Assembly: GCA_020184695.1 (NCBI GenBank) | Contig: JAANOX010000085.1 | Coordinates: 62,001-126,000, forward strand | Direction of reading: 5' to 3' | Length of the DNA stretch: 64,000 nucleotides | Origin: Histomonas meleagridis 2922-C6/04-290x | Lineage: Eukaryota > Protista > Parabasalia | In this document: in pieces, positions 33,091 to 44,596 of the stretch | How the letters are laid out: every line of letters begins with the position of its first letter | Numbering within the stretch: position 1 is the stretch's first letter | The notes under the pieces: model-generated | What the model was told of the DNA's origin: nothing | The model's database searches: none | What the model saw: the letters and a program-made list of their open reading frames with translations, nothing else | Translations under genes and position numbers: made by a program

Positions 33091-34410
33091 ATGAGCCTTG
33101 GTGCCACAGTGCACATTTCAACATGTAGATTCTGTGGTAATCCAATAACAACAAGTGGAGATCACCAAATTTGTTCTCTTAAATGTGGGCATATTTTTGG
33201 ATACAAATGCCTACTTAATTGGTTTGAAACAAATTCAATATGTCCAATTTGCAACAAACCATTTACATTTCACGAAATTCAACTTCTTTTTTGGCCAAAC
33301 CCAGTCAATGAAAAATCAGATCGAATCGAATCAATTAAAAAAGAAAATACTAATTATGAAAAACAGATATCACTTCTCAACAAACGGATTCAATTTTTAG
33401 AAAAAGAGCTTGAAGAAGAAAACAAAAAATTGTACAAAGTTGTTCCATCTACAAAATACATGGTAATTTCTGAGCAAGAAATTTCACAACCAGGAATAAT
33501 TTATCAACGTAAACTTACTGAAAGTTCACGGCTCTTCACTATCAACCATCTTATTCTCAACACCACCAGACACTTCAATTCTTATGGAATTCAAATCTCA
33601 CATTTTGATGATTTACAATCATTTTCCACAGTCAATCTTCACACGTCACAAATACGTGACCTTTGTTCTGATGGCAATACATTTATCACGGCATCACTCG
33701 ATCAAAGTGTATCATTTTCATCACTTGAAACCGAAAGTAAAATTGCAGATTTCCATTTTGACGTTCCACTTTGGTCGTGTACACAACTGAATGATACTTT
33801 AATTGCCTGTGGCGGCGATCGAGGATGGGTATACGGCATCGACACTCGTTCTGGAACTCGATTCTTTGAGCGTCAAATTGTTGGTCCACCGATCAATTCG
33901 ATGTCGACATGTGATAACACATTACTTTTCTTATCAGCGCACTCCATTAACTTCTACGACTTCATTAAGGGCGACTTCATTGAAGTCCACACGAATATTG
34001 ACGGCGGGTTTTCTCTTCGTAAGACGGAAGATTCGGAACTCTTCTCGTTAATACAACGGCAAGGGAATAACGCCGCGATGTTTTATTGTCGATTCGAACG
34101 ACAAAGTGTCTTTAAGATGTTTAAGATGGTGCCAATGAAGTACTTTAGTCAAATACCTGGAACTGCTATGAGAAGCATCGACGGAAATGTATATGCTGCC
34201 GTTCCGAATGAACAATCGTGCGACATAAGTTTGTACACACTAAGTCAACAAAACAATAACATTTGGGAGAAATGGAAAGAGAGATGGGACTACGAGAAAA
34301 ATAATAAACCAATATTAGACGTGGCTATTGACGCGGAAGACTCAATGACAGTGTCAACATTGTCATGCGATAGATTAACTGTTTATCAGATTCCTATTAA
34401 ATTTGTTTGA
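33091..34410 (+). CDS. RFWD3: RING + coiled coil + WD40 E3 ligase, RFWD3-like
   Basis: CRFC...SGDHQICSLKCGHIFGYKCLLNW...CPICN matches the RFWD3 RING; WD40-like repeats follow (IRDLC, SLDQSV, PLWSC). Confidence 0.8.
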   Translation: MSLGATVHISTCRFCGNPITTSGDHQICSLKCGHIFGYKCLLNWFETNSICPICNKPFTFHEIQLLFWPNPVNEKSDRIESIKKENTNYEKQISLLNKRIQFLEKELEEENKKLYKVVPSTKYMVISEQEISQPGIIYQRKLTESSRLFTINHLILNTTRHFNSYGIQISHFDDLQSFSTVNLHTSQIRDLCSDGNTFITASLDQSVSFSSLETESKIADFHFDVPLWSCTQLNDTLIACGGDRGWVYGIDTRSGTRFFERQIVGPPINSMSTCDNTLLFLSAHSINFYDFIKGDFIEVHTNIDGGFSLRKTEDSELFSLIQRQGNNAAMFYCRFERQSVFKMFKMVPMKYFSQIPGTAMRSIDGNVYAAVPNEQSCDISLYTLSQQNNNIWEKWKERWDYEKNNKPILDVAIDAEDSMTVSTLSCDRLTVYQIPIKFV

Positions 34411-34897
34411 TATTCGCTTTTTTATAATTGTATAATGTTTTATTTTGAATAGTTCATTTTATGATGACTAAATTAAAAAATATTTTTTTTGCTTACTTTC
34501 TAATTTTTTAGGTTTATGTAATATAATTTTAAAGAAGAAAAAGAACTATTAGAACATCAAACAACTAAATTTGAATTTCGGAGATTGAAATGTTTATATA
34601 TTTTTCAATTCATCATTTTTTATCTTCATAAGTACCAACAATTTAATAAATCGAATATTTAAAATAAACATATCGCAAAATGGAATTTCAACTTGCATTT
34701 AACAAGAAATAAAAAATGACTGTTAAAGTGATTGCAGAACTTCCAAACTCTTCAGTTTTTGAATATAAATCCGATGATTTTTCATTCATTCGATTCTATC
34801 GTTTGGAACCACCTTATTTAATTATTGTAACGGATTCTCTATCAAAAAATTCTAAAAACCGTTTGTACAGCCGAAGCAGCAAATTGCCAAGTGCAAA

Positions 34898-35779
34898 ATG
34901 GCTGAATTTCCTGCAAAAATATCTTTATTTATCCCTGCTCTCATCATACTTGTTGCTTTTATAGGATATTCGTTATGGCGATTAAATTCAGCTATAATTG
35001 CGCAAAAAACAGAAATTTCAGGAAATTGGTCACGCTTTTTATTTCGTATTCTTATTGTCATTTTTATTCTCCTTCAAGTAGGGCCTTATATTGATGCCAT
35101 TGCAGACTATGAAGGCGGCCGAAGAGATAAAAATCTCGATCTTGAAGCAAGTACACAATTATTTTTCTATGTTTCACTAGTCTTTCTTGTAAGGTCAGTG
35201 CATGATTTTATATCAATGGTTTTACGCAATGATACATTTATCAAAAAGCATTGGCTTGCTACAACAATTCCAATTCCAGTATTTTTCTTCCTGCTACTAA
35301 CCTTCGCTTCCATATCATTCTACTATGTGAAAAAACAAGTAATGGATTCAGCTTCAGGTGAAACAGTTGATATGGAAAATCATCCAAAGTTGAAAAAAGC
35401 AACTTGTTCTTTTATGGGCATTGGGTACACAGTGTTATTTGCAATTTTACTTATATACATTTATATTCCAATTTTCAGATTTTTGCATCAACTTTCTGCA
35501 ACAGTTTTTGGAAGTTATCGAAATCGCATTATCTTTCTTTATGTATTCTTTTCTATTTCCATTGTATTAACATGCGGAGGATTCATTGCGTATGGCGTCA
35601 CATTTGATTATAATTATTCAATTGATAATTGTTTGAAATCAAACTTGGTTTGGATTCCATTAGGATTCTTAGTATCTCTTGTACAGGACCTCATAGACTG
35701 GATGTTGCTTTGGCTTGTACAAAATGAGGTTTCTAGGTGTAGTAGTGATGATGAAGAAAACGACGGTTATTCAGATTAA
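34898..35779 (+). CDS. Multi-pass (about 7 TM) membrane protein
   Basis: 293-aa ORF with about seven hydrophobic segments and an acidic tail. Confidence 0.75.
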   Translation: MAEFPAKISLFIPALIILVAFIGYSLWRLNSAIIAQKTEISGNWSRFLFRILIVIFILLQVGPYIDAIADYEGGRRDKNLDLEASTQLFFYVSLVFLVRSVHDFISMVLRNDTFIKKHWLATTIPIPVFFFLLLTFASISFYYVKKQVMDSASGETVDMENHPKLKKATCSFMGIGYTVLFAILLIYIYIPIFRFLHQLSATVFGSYRNRIIFLYVFFSISIVLTCGGFIAYGVTFDYNYSIDNCLKSNLVWIPLGFLVSLVQDLIDWMLLWLVQNEVSRCSSDDEENDGYSD

Positions 35780-35973
35780 ATAAAGTTCAGAAATTTTGAG
35801 TATCGTGTATGAATAAATCCAACACGTGTTTTATCTCTTTTTTTCCCTTTGTTTGCAGGTGATTTTGATGTTGGTTTCTGTGTGGAATCAACTTTCTGTT
35901 TAAGAAATAAGAAAAATTGATATTTGTTTATGTTTTTTATATCACTTTTCATCTTCCGAGCGTTTAGAATAAA

Positions 35974-36405
35974 ATGGAATCAAGTAATGATTTGCTAGAA
36001 AACATTGGTAAAAAAGTACTTGATAATTGGGGAAATGATGAAGATGTGGTGCCCGATATTTTTATGGAAAATCAAGTTGTGAATGAAATAAACAAAATTA
36101 TTAATACTCCATATGAGGAATTACCAGTGGATTATAAGGTAAGACTTAAGAAACTTATTGGCGCAATGACGCCAGTTGATTTTGCAGTTATTGGAAAACA
36201 AATTTGTTTATTCTTATTATCAGATATCACAGATTCAGATACCACTAAAAATGATAAATCGACCAATCAATCATCAACATGTTCATCAGATTTTCCTACT
36301 TATGAGCCATTAAACTCAACACCACCCACAAGTTTATCATTATCAAATGATATAGATATTTCGTACACTCAATTTCCGCAATGGCTTCCGACATTAACTT
36401 TCTAG
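35974..36405 (+). CDS. Hypothetical protein
   Basis: 143-aa ATG-initiated ORF with coding-like composition. Confidence 0.6.
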   Translation: MESSNDLLENIGKKVLDNWGNDEDVVPDIFMENQVVNEINKIINTPYEELPVDYKVRLKKLIGAMTPVDFAVIGKQICLFLLSDITDSDTTKNDKSTNQSSTCSSDFPTYEPLNSTPPTSLSLSNDIDISYTQFPQWLPTLTF

Positions 36406-36665
36406 TAAATGTTATTTTGCGTGTGATATTGCCGTTATTCTTTATACAAACGTCAAATATAATTTTTCATATTTCTCTTCATATCCTAACTACTCTTCAA
36501 ACCACACATCAAAATAGCTAAAGACAATTTCCATCATTGTCAAATTCATATCAAATCTTTTCCAACAAAAACGTTTTGATCTAATTCATATTAAACAATT
36601 TTTGCTCGAAAACTCACACAAGCCACAAAATGATAAATTTCTTTGGGTGAATTGGTTTATTAACC

Positions 36666-37997
36666 TCAACAGCTGTCGAGTAAAGAGGTTTCTTCAGCGT
36701 CGCAAGTAAAGTTAGTGAAAGTATCTTGCGTGTCCTTATTGATCAAACTTCCATCGGCAAAAGAAAAAGCGGGAGTTTCACTGGTGAATTCATCATCAAA
36801 CTGCGAAACATCTGTGGCGTCTGTGATGGGAGGAATCCACTCGGGCTCATATTTCTTATCATAAACAGCCTTCCAATCGATGGCTGCGAAGAACGGATGA
36901 GCTTTGATTTCTTCGACATCTTTGTCACTGCTTCCAAGTCTGGTGCTAGGATTACGGTCTAATAACTTGCTAACAAAGTCTTTAGCTTCAGCTGACATTG
37001 ATGATGGAAATTCGATGTCATCGTTAAGTATTGCACGATACATCGCATTTATATTTTCATCATAAAATGGTGGTAGACCTGTCAACATTTCAAATATTAA
37101 GACACCATAGCTCCACCAGTCAACAGCTTTGGTGTATGGTTGGCGTTGTAACATTTCGGGCGCCAAATATTCCGGTGTACCACAAAATGTGGTGGCTGTT
37201 TGATCCCCAGAGACTTCTTTGGCTAATCCAAAATCTGTAAGTCGAATATGACCTTTCATATCAATGAGAATATTTTCGGGTTTGAGATCTCGATAAATTA
37301 GACCTAAGGAGTGTAATTGACCAAGGCCTAAGGCTATTTCAGCAGCATATAGACGAACGCGGGACTCTGGAAATGTTGTTTCATCTTTGAGTCGACCAAA
37401 TAATTCGCCACCAGGAACATAATCAAGAACCATATAAAGTTTGGCATCGGTTTGGAAGCAATAATGTGCACCTACAAGGAATGGATGGCGAGTTCGGACT
37501 AATATTCCACGTTCAGTTATTATCTGATCAATTTGATCACTGTCTTCAAGAACTTTCTTGCTCATTGATTTCATTGCATAAAGTTGTCCGTTTTTCTTGT
37601 ATTTAACTAATTGTACTTTTCCATATGTCCCTCGCCCTAAAACTTTAAGAACCTCGAAGTCATCAAGCGTAGCCTTAAACTGAGCTTTCTTTTCAACTGT
37701 TTGTCCTGCTTTTATAGCTTGGATTGTACTTATCCAATCCTTAACTAATTTTGGAGTATCAGCAACTAAATAATATGTTTTGCCTGATGTTTCAAGTTTA
37801 AAAGCAGGTTGCTTTTTACAATCTGGAGCTTCACATATGTTAGTAATGGAAGGAATGTTGATTTTACCTTTTTCAGCACCACTTGGTTTGTTGGAGTATA
37901 TAAGGTCTTTATCAACAATCTTAAACCAGCGTCGCCCCCATGATGAAGTCTTTCCGGTTTTTTGCTTGGATAACCAGCCTTCTATGACTGAACTCAT
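36666..37997 (-). CDS. PH-domain AGC kinase (Akt/PKB-like)
   Basis: PH (EGWLSKQ...WGRRWF), GRGTYGKV, YRDLKPEN, DFG, TFCGTPEYLAPE, hydrophobic motif FTNFT; ATG at 37997. Confidence 0.92.
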   Translation of the reverse strand: MSSVIEGWLSKQKTGKTSSWGRRWFKIVDKDLIYSNKPSGAEKGKINIPSITNICEAPDCKKQPAFKLETSGKTYYLVADTPKLVKDWISTIQAIKAGQTVEKKAQFKATLDDFEVLKVLGRGTYGKVQLVKYKKNGQLYAMKSMSKKVLEDSDQIDQIITERGILVRTRHPFLVGAHYCFQTDAKLYMVLDYVPGGELFGRLKDETTFPESRVRLYAAEIALGLGQLHSLGLIYRDLKPENILIDMKGHIRLTDFGLAKEVSGDQTATTFCGTPEYLAPEMLQRQPYTKAVDWWSYGVLIFEMLTGLPPFYDENINAMYRAILNDDIEFPSSMSAEAKDFVSKLLDRNPSTRLGSSDKDVEEIKAHPFFAAIDWKAVYDKKYEPEWIPPITDATDVSQFDDEFTSETPAFSFADGSLINKDTQDTFTNFTCDAEETSLLDSC

Positions 37998-39288
37998 TAA
38001 AATTTTATTACAGTTTTTCAATACTTTATCAATTTTTGGTTTAATTGATTATTCAATTAAACGGTTTTATTCACAAAATGAAGGATCATTTTTATCATTG
38101 TCCCTTTTCATCTCATTCTAATCTGTCTATTAAGCAGTATTTTTTCCCAGCACATATACATTCAAGCATAATTGCAGAATGAATATTCTAAAAATCAAGA
38201 AAAATCTTTCAAATCACAAAAAGAATCTCTTCAAAAAGATTAAATATTTTCATATTTTGTTTTAATGTTAAACTTTACTCCATACTTAAATATAAAAACA
38301 AGAAATAAAATGCGTAAAGGCTTAAAATTTTTCTAGCGTTTTGTAATGTTTTTTATTAACGGGTGACCACTTATCGTTTTCTATAAAGACCTCTGAAATT
38401 AATGGTCGTAAAATATAAATAATAGAATTTTTTGAGGTGAGAAATTGAACGGGAATTGTGATAAACTGTAGCTTCATAAATCGTTGGTGTGGCACAATTC
38501 AAAAACTCAGGATTCACTCAATCAAAAAATTGACTTTTTTACAAATTGAAATATCTTACATTTGAAAAAGAAAATTGGAATTCCACTCTCTAAAAATAAT
38601 AGTAAATCGCTTGGAATTAATTATATTAGAAAATATTTCGAATCCATGGAATACATACAATTTTTTTTCAAAACATTAAGATATTGTAATCATATTTGTA
38701 TAATTAATATAGATTTATCTCTAATATTAAAAATATATTTATTCTTATTTGTATTTAAATTTTAGCAAAAAAGAAAAGAAATTTTATGAAATCATTCTTT
38801 ATGATTTCATTTGAAAATAAGCCACTACAAGAGATTACAACTCTTAAATAAAAAACATATTAACCAATTAATCGAATATCGAATAATGATACGATTGTTT
38901 ACGATTTTTTATTGATAAAACCAAACCTTGTTATTGATTTTTATGGTTTCAAACCTTAACCGCCAACAACAATTAACACAAATTCATGAATCTGATGTGG
39001 AAATATCTCAAGAAAATTCCATTTAATAAGATAGTATTTACAAAAAGAATGAACCATTAATAAAGCACGTACTATGTATTTATGATTTACTAAGGGATCA
39101 TATGATTGAAACAATCAAAAATAAAATTCAATCCACCAGCAGCCAAACATATAGCCGAATATAATTGAAATGGTTCCTCACAATTTTGTGAAACCTCAAC
39201 TTTATCACAGTGAGTCCGACCGGACTTTATATATAACCTCTTTTCACATTCAATTCCCTCAGAAAAATTCATTATTTTTATTTATTTA

Positions 39289-41274
39289 ATGGGAAACGTC
39301 CAAAGCATCGATATCCCACCAATCTGCATTCCAACAGATGAAGAAACTGGACCAGATGAAAGTCCAGTGTATAGGAACATCCACTGCTATGTTGAAAATG
39401 GTGGCCAGCTCATCAAAACATACAGAAACCAACCCGAATCTGAAACCCCTATTGATATCTTGAGAGTTTCAGCTACAAAGTATGCTGATTGTGATTGCGT
39501 TGGTGAAAGAGAAAGAGATCAAGATGGAAATGTTGGTCCCTACAAATACATATCATACTCTGAATTCTACAAGAGGGTCCTTGCTTTTGGTCGTGGTCTT
39601 TTAGAACTTGGACTCAACCGTGGTGATAGAATTGGCATTTATTCAAATAACTCAATCTACTGGCAAATGGCTTGTTTTGGTGCCCAATCCGTTGGTATTA
39701 TCTCAGTTCCAATCTATGATTCTCTTGGTAAAGATGCTGCTCAATTCATCGTCAATCATGCCGAAGTTAAAGTTATTTTTACCTCATTATTCAAGCTTGC
39801 AAACACACTCAAAATTATTCCAGTTACCCCTACTGTTACAAACATTGTTGTTATGAGTGATAAGATTCCACCATCAACAGAATGCTCACTTCCAATTTGC
39901 ACATGCAAAGATATCCTTGAAAAAGGTTATGCCTCATCTGCAAAGAACAACTTTGTTAAACCCGAAGAAGTCGCTGTTATTATGTACACATCTGGTTCAA
40001 CAGGTGATCCAAAAGGTTGTGTATTAACTGGCGGTAACATTGTTGCTGGAAGCACTGGTTTAGGCTGTGTTAATCTTAGCCTTAACACCAAAGATACTTT
40101 CCTTTCATTTTTACCATTAGCACATATCTATGGAATGGCTGTTGAATTAATGATGTATACTCATGGTACACGCGTAGCCTTTGCGCAAGGTCCAACAAAT
40201 GTTTTGTTAGATGATATTCAAGCCATGCAACCAACAATTATTGTATCTGTTCCACGTATTCTTAATCGTATTGCTGAAGGAATGAAAGCAAAGATTGACA
40301 AGCTTCCATTCGTCCTTAAGAAAATCCTTTATTTAACCATCCCATGGAAAGCTGGCTTCCTCAAGCGCAACGAGCCACATTCACTTCTTCTTGATTCAAT
40401 TCTATTCAAAGATTTCAGAGCGGCGGTTGGGGGTAAAATTAGGCTTATCGTCAACGGGGGTGCCCCGATCATGAAAGATGTCTTTGAATTCCTTCAAGCA
40501 ACCATCACACCGAACATTATTCAAGGCTATGGCTTAACTGAAGTATGTGCAGGTTTAGCTGTACAAGAATTACCTGTTTTTGATCCATTAACAGTAGGTG
40601 CATCATCAATTGCATGTGAAGTCAAACTTCGTAAATATGGCGATTATTCACCTCAACATGATCCACCAGAAGGAGAATTATTAGTCCGTGGCCCCATTGT
40701 CTTCAAAGGTTATTACAAACAACCCGAACTTACACAAGAAGCATTTGATGGCGAATGGTTTAAGACAGGCGATATCTGCCGCTACACCAAAGAGAGGCAA
40801 ATCCAAATCATTGATCGCGCCAAGCAACTCGTTAAACTTAGTCAAGGCGAATACATATCACTTACGACAATCACTGATTACTATTCCAACGCCGATTGCG
40901 TCTCATTCATATATATCTACGCCGACTCTAACCACGACTATCCGCTCGCAGTCGTCTTCCCGAAGAAGGAGAAGATCAAGGAATGGGAGGCGCGCGGAAT
41001 CACTGACGTGACACAAAGCGAAGTCGTGAAGAAAGAAATCGTCGACAGTCTCCTCGCGGTGCACAAGGAGATGGGAATGAGAGGATTCGAAAGAATAACA
41101 AACATCATCGTCGAGACAGACGAGCCAACAGTGGAGAATGGCTTCTTGACGCCTTCGATGAAGCCGCAGCTCGGAAAGCTCAAGAACAAGTACTCAGCCG
41201 TGATGGACGAGCTCTACAGGCAGCTGGAGGAAAAGAAGAAGGCCGAAGCAGAGGCGCAGGCCCAAAATCAATAA
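39289..41274 (+). CDS. Long-chain acyl-CoA synthetase
   Basis: YTSGSTGDPKG, SFLPLAHI, QGYGLTE, GELLVRGPIVFKGYY, WFKTGD, IIDRAKQLVKLSQGEYI; MGN N-terminus. Confidence 0.95.
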   Translation: MGNVQSIDIPPICIPTDEETGPDESPVYRNIHCYVENGGQLIKTYRNQPESETPIDILRVSATKYADCDCVGERERDQDGNVGPYKYISYSEFYKRVLAFGRGLLELGLNRGDRIGIYSNNSIYWQMACFGAQSVGIISVPIYDSLGKDAAQFIVNHAEVKVIFTSLFKLANTLKIIPVTPTVTNIVVMSDKIPPSTECSLPICTCKDILEKGYASSAKNNFVKPEEVAVIMYTSGSTGDPKGCVLTGGNIVAGSTGLGCVNLSLNTKDTFLSFLPLAHIYGMAVELMMYTHGTRVAFAQGPTNVLLDDIQAMQPTIIVSVPRILNRIAEGMKAKIDKLPFVLKKILYLTIPWKAGFLKRNEPHSLLLDSILFKDFRAAVGGKIRLIVNGGAPIMKDVFEFLQATITPNIIQGYGLTEVCAGLAVQELPVFDPLTVGASSIACEVKLRKYGDYSPQHDPPEGELLVRGPIVFKGYYKQPELTQEAFDGEWFKTGDICRYTKERQIQIIDRAKQLVKLSQGEYISLTTITDYYSNADCVSFIYIYADSNHDYPLAVVFPKKEKIKEWEARGITDVTQSEVVKKEIVDSLLAVHKEMGMRGFERITNIIVETDEPTVENGFLTPSMKPQLGKLKNKYSAVMDELYRQLEEKKKAEAEAQAQNQ

Positions 41275-41727
41275 AAAATGAAACTTTACCAATGGAAATG
41301 ATGCTTCATGTGCTGCAGCGACTTAGTTTCATTGCATTTAAGTGTGGTGCAAAATTCGGTATGTAAATTATTAATGAGAATGACGAACCAATAGAAGAGA
41401 CGTATCTCTTTATTCATTTTTTATCTATAGATCATTTCGGTTATTTTTAACACATTTTTTGCTGTCTATTAAAATCAAAAAGAGTCAATGTATATATATA
41501 TATCATTTGTTGTTTATTCAATGTACATTTTATTTATTATTTGCATCAGTTTATTCTGGTTTCAATTTAATGTTTGGAAATTACATTGATGAATGCGTTA
41601 TAAAAAGATGCAATCAAACAACGTAATAATACTTCATGAGAAAGAAGGAGCTGACGCAAAATGAAGTTCTCTATTAGAATAAAAAATTATTTACAAATAA
41701 ATTTACTACAGACAATAACCTCATTAA

Positions 41728-43236
41728 CTATTCCTCTGGTGGAAGAAATGAAACAATTTTATTACGTAAGGCAAGTATCTCAGTGTATATCTGTATCGTG
41801 TCCTCCATATGCTGCTCAGTTTCCTCGAGTATCCCATTCGATACCATTCGTTGGCAAATGTCAGTGATCAAATTTTCATCGTTTTGACATCTTGAAATGA
41901 TAAGATCAAAAAGATTAATATTCACAGAAATCAAGTTATAGTCGTCGCTGGAAAACAATGGAATTGCTATGCCGATCAAGTCGACTCTTTCTATGACATT
42001 ACAACAAAGTTCAAAATTTCCCGCATAAATCAAATTATAAAAAAATCCACAAGATGTCACCTTACATGCGTAGCTTCCGTTTTCCATTAGGTGAGCAATG
42101 ATTTCGATGAGTCCTTCGGTCTCGATTATCCATGTGAGAAAATCAGAATCTTGAATTTCACATATGTTATTAAGAACATTTAAGCCGTATATTATCAGTT
42201 TTTCATTGTCATTCGTAAGAAGGTCTCTGATTCTTTGACACAGATCTGTGTATCTCTTCACAAAATTAAGTTCTTGTTGGTGGAAAAATATATTTTGCAA
42301 AATCTTAAGCGACTTGATCTGAACAGGTGGGCTAAGAGTTGTAAATATGATCAAAGAACTGATAAATCCAAGAGATTTGCAAATTTTCCAAAAACAATCG
42401 AAATATTCTTCAGATGCAATGAACACTGATGAAAGTGCTAGATTTAGCATTTCAATATCTGGAATAGTTATTGAAATTCCGATAACATGACCGATAAGTT
42501 CCTCCACAGAAAGAAAACTTGTTTTAATTCTTAGTAAATTACGTGCTATCAACAGCAAGGGTTGTAATAATACTGAATCTTCTGAATCTATTCCTGTTGG
42601 TATATAAGGAAGTTGTTGTAAAGGTGGGGTGCCCCGGCATATCGGAGTTTGAACGTTAAAGTAACTCAAAAGGTCGAGAACGGTTGTGACAAAACCGCTC
42701 CTGAAAAGTGTCTCAATATGAGAGCCATCATTTGAAGACGAAAGATATATCATGATTTCGAGGAGCTGATGAGCTAAAGGAAATGGAATACGTTGCTTTA
42801 CGGCATCTGTGACAACAACATGGGCTTTTTGTTCAATAAATATTTTGTAATTTGGTTGGCAAAATTTTATCAATGAAAGCAATAGAAAAATGGAACACTC
42901 TAGCGTTTCTGGTGATGGGGCTTTTAAAGAATATGATATTATAACAATTATTTCATCTGTAATAGGAATATTTTGAATTAGAGATGGATAATCATGAATA
43001 ATTTGAGCGATTTGTTTGATGGCTTGTTCCCTTGAGTCAATATTCTCATCCCTTAAGGCAAGTAATGCATTTTCTAAACATTGGATAACTTCATCAGAAA
43101 TAAATGTGGAATTATCAAAAAAAACTGGGGTTTCATCATCATTGCTATTGTCTTCATCCATCTTTTTTTGGATTTCCTTATATCTTTCTCTAGTTTGTTT
43201 AGCTCGTGCTGATTGGGATTTATAACCGATGCTCAT
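41728..43236 (-). CDS. ARM-repeat protein, importin-alpha-like
   Basis: Basic N-terminus (ARAKQTRERYKEIQKK) then helical ARM-like repeats; likely ATG at 43236. Confidence 0.65.
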   Translation of the reverse strand: MSIGYKSQSARAKQTRERYKEIQKKMDEDNSNDDETPVFFDNSTFISDEVIQCLENALLALRDENIDSREQAIKQIAQIIHDYPSLIQNIPITDEIIVIISYSLKAPSPETLECSIFLLLSLIKFCQPNYKIFIEQKAHVVVTDAVKQRIPFPLAHQLLEIMIYLSSSNDGSHIETLFRSGFVTTVLDLLSYFNVQTPICRGTPPLQQLPYIPTGIDSEDSVLLQPLLLIARNLLRIKTSFLSVEELIGHVIGISITIPDIEMLNLALSSVFIASEEYFDCFWKICKSLGFISSLIIFTTLSPPVQIKSLKILQNIFFHQQELNFVKRYTDLCQRIRDLLTNDNEKLIIYGLNVLNNICEIQDSDFLTWIIETEGLIEIIAHLMENGSYACKVTSCGFFYNLIYAGNFELCCNVIERVDLIGIAIPLFSSDDYNLISVNINLFDLIISRCQNDENLITDICQRMVSNGILEETEQHMEDTIQIYTEILALRNKIVSFLPPEE

Positions 43237-43628
43237 CCCAAATAATAAACGTAAACAAACAAAATTGAAATGTTTATTTAAAATTGAAACTTCCTTCTGC
43301 ATTATTTTTGGTTCGCAAATAGCATGGCAATTTAAAATAAGTCAAACACTACAGCTAGACTTTATTTAAGATAGAATACATCCATATATGGATTTAAATA
43401 GAGATATTCAAATTTTTTTTCGTACCCAAAAAATCATATTATTAGATAATGAATTATTTTCTCTTAATTAATTAACAATTTTACCTCACAATAACTTCAT
43501 TTCAATTTTTATTATTGATTCATTAAATCTTAATATTTAACGAAAATATTCATGTTTTTATTGCCCACAATTTTAATCGTATTGAAAAAATTGATTTGAA
43601 TTGATATTATAAAGATGATAAAAAACCA

Positions 43629-43850
43629 AAAATAAAAGAATTGGAAGTCATTGAAACAGTTTAACAAGTGATATTATATTTAAACAAAGAAAGCATTTCT
43701 CAATCAGCAGAATCATTTATTACCATATTTGTTTATCTGCACTTTTGTTGGATTGAATGATTTTGATATATGTTTTGATTTGATAAAAGAAATCAAAACA
43801 TTTCAAGAAAGTATTCAATTCAATCTGAAGATTTATATAAATTAAATCAT
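43629..43850 (+). pseudogene. Relic of the ankyrin-gene family N-terminus
   Basis: KIKELEVIETV*QVILYLNKESISQSAESFITIF...LNDFDICFDLIKEIKTFQE aligns by eye with gene B (KEMDLIESIQRIIFGLNKENIFQSAQSIISIF...NDFDIYLNFMRDVEKFQE); contains a stop and a frameshift. Confidence 0.7.
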
Positions 43851-44596
43851 TGACATATTCAAATCATGGTTTGAAAAATATGTTTCATATAATTAATTAT
43901 GTCATATTTTCTTTATTCGTGTTAAATCATTTTTACAATCTCACAATGACGAACAGAATTGACTCTGAAGCAAAATGCGTTTTTCAAACAGTTTAAAATT
44001 TTTAAATACTAGTACGATGATTTTTAATTCATTCATCTATCGTTAGGAAATTTCTGCGTTCACTATCGTGACCGGGTACCCAAAAAAACCACCTGTTGTA
44101 ACCGCGTTAGAATTGTATCAAAAAGCTAAAATCTGATCACATACAAAAATCAGCTCAAAAATTGTATTAAAAAAACTACTTTTTGAACTGGATTTTTTGA
44201 TGTCACTTCACTTCACCAATAATTTTTCAATAATTTCTCGGTGAACAAAGTCGAAAACAAATTTTTGATCAATAATAAAATTGGGCGTATCAAATGTTAC
44301 CATGGTAACAGAAATTGTACTGATGAATTTGATAGATAGCGAATAAATTTCGACTTTGTATGCGATTTTTCATCTTCCACTCAATCAAACATGAGTATAT
44401 GAGAATAAGGGAACGATTTTGCTGATTTATTTTAAGAATATCAGTGGATATTGAAGTTTCAATAAGGAGGTTCAATTGAGGTTCTATTGAAATTTTGATG
44501 ATCGGCAGCAAAAATCCATTCAATTTATGGCTATTTCAATGACTGACTTTTGAATAAATTTAATTCAAAAATTCTTTAAGGAATATCACTTCTCTG

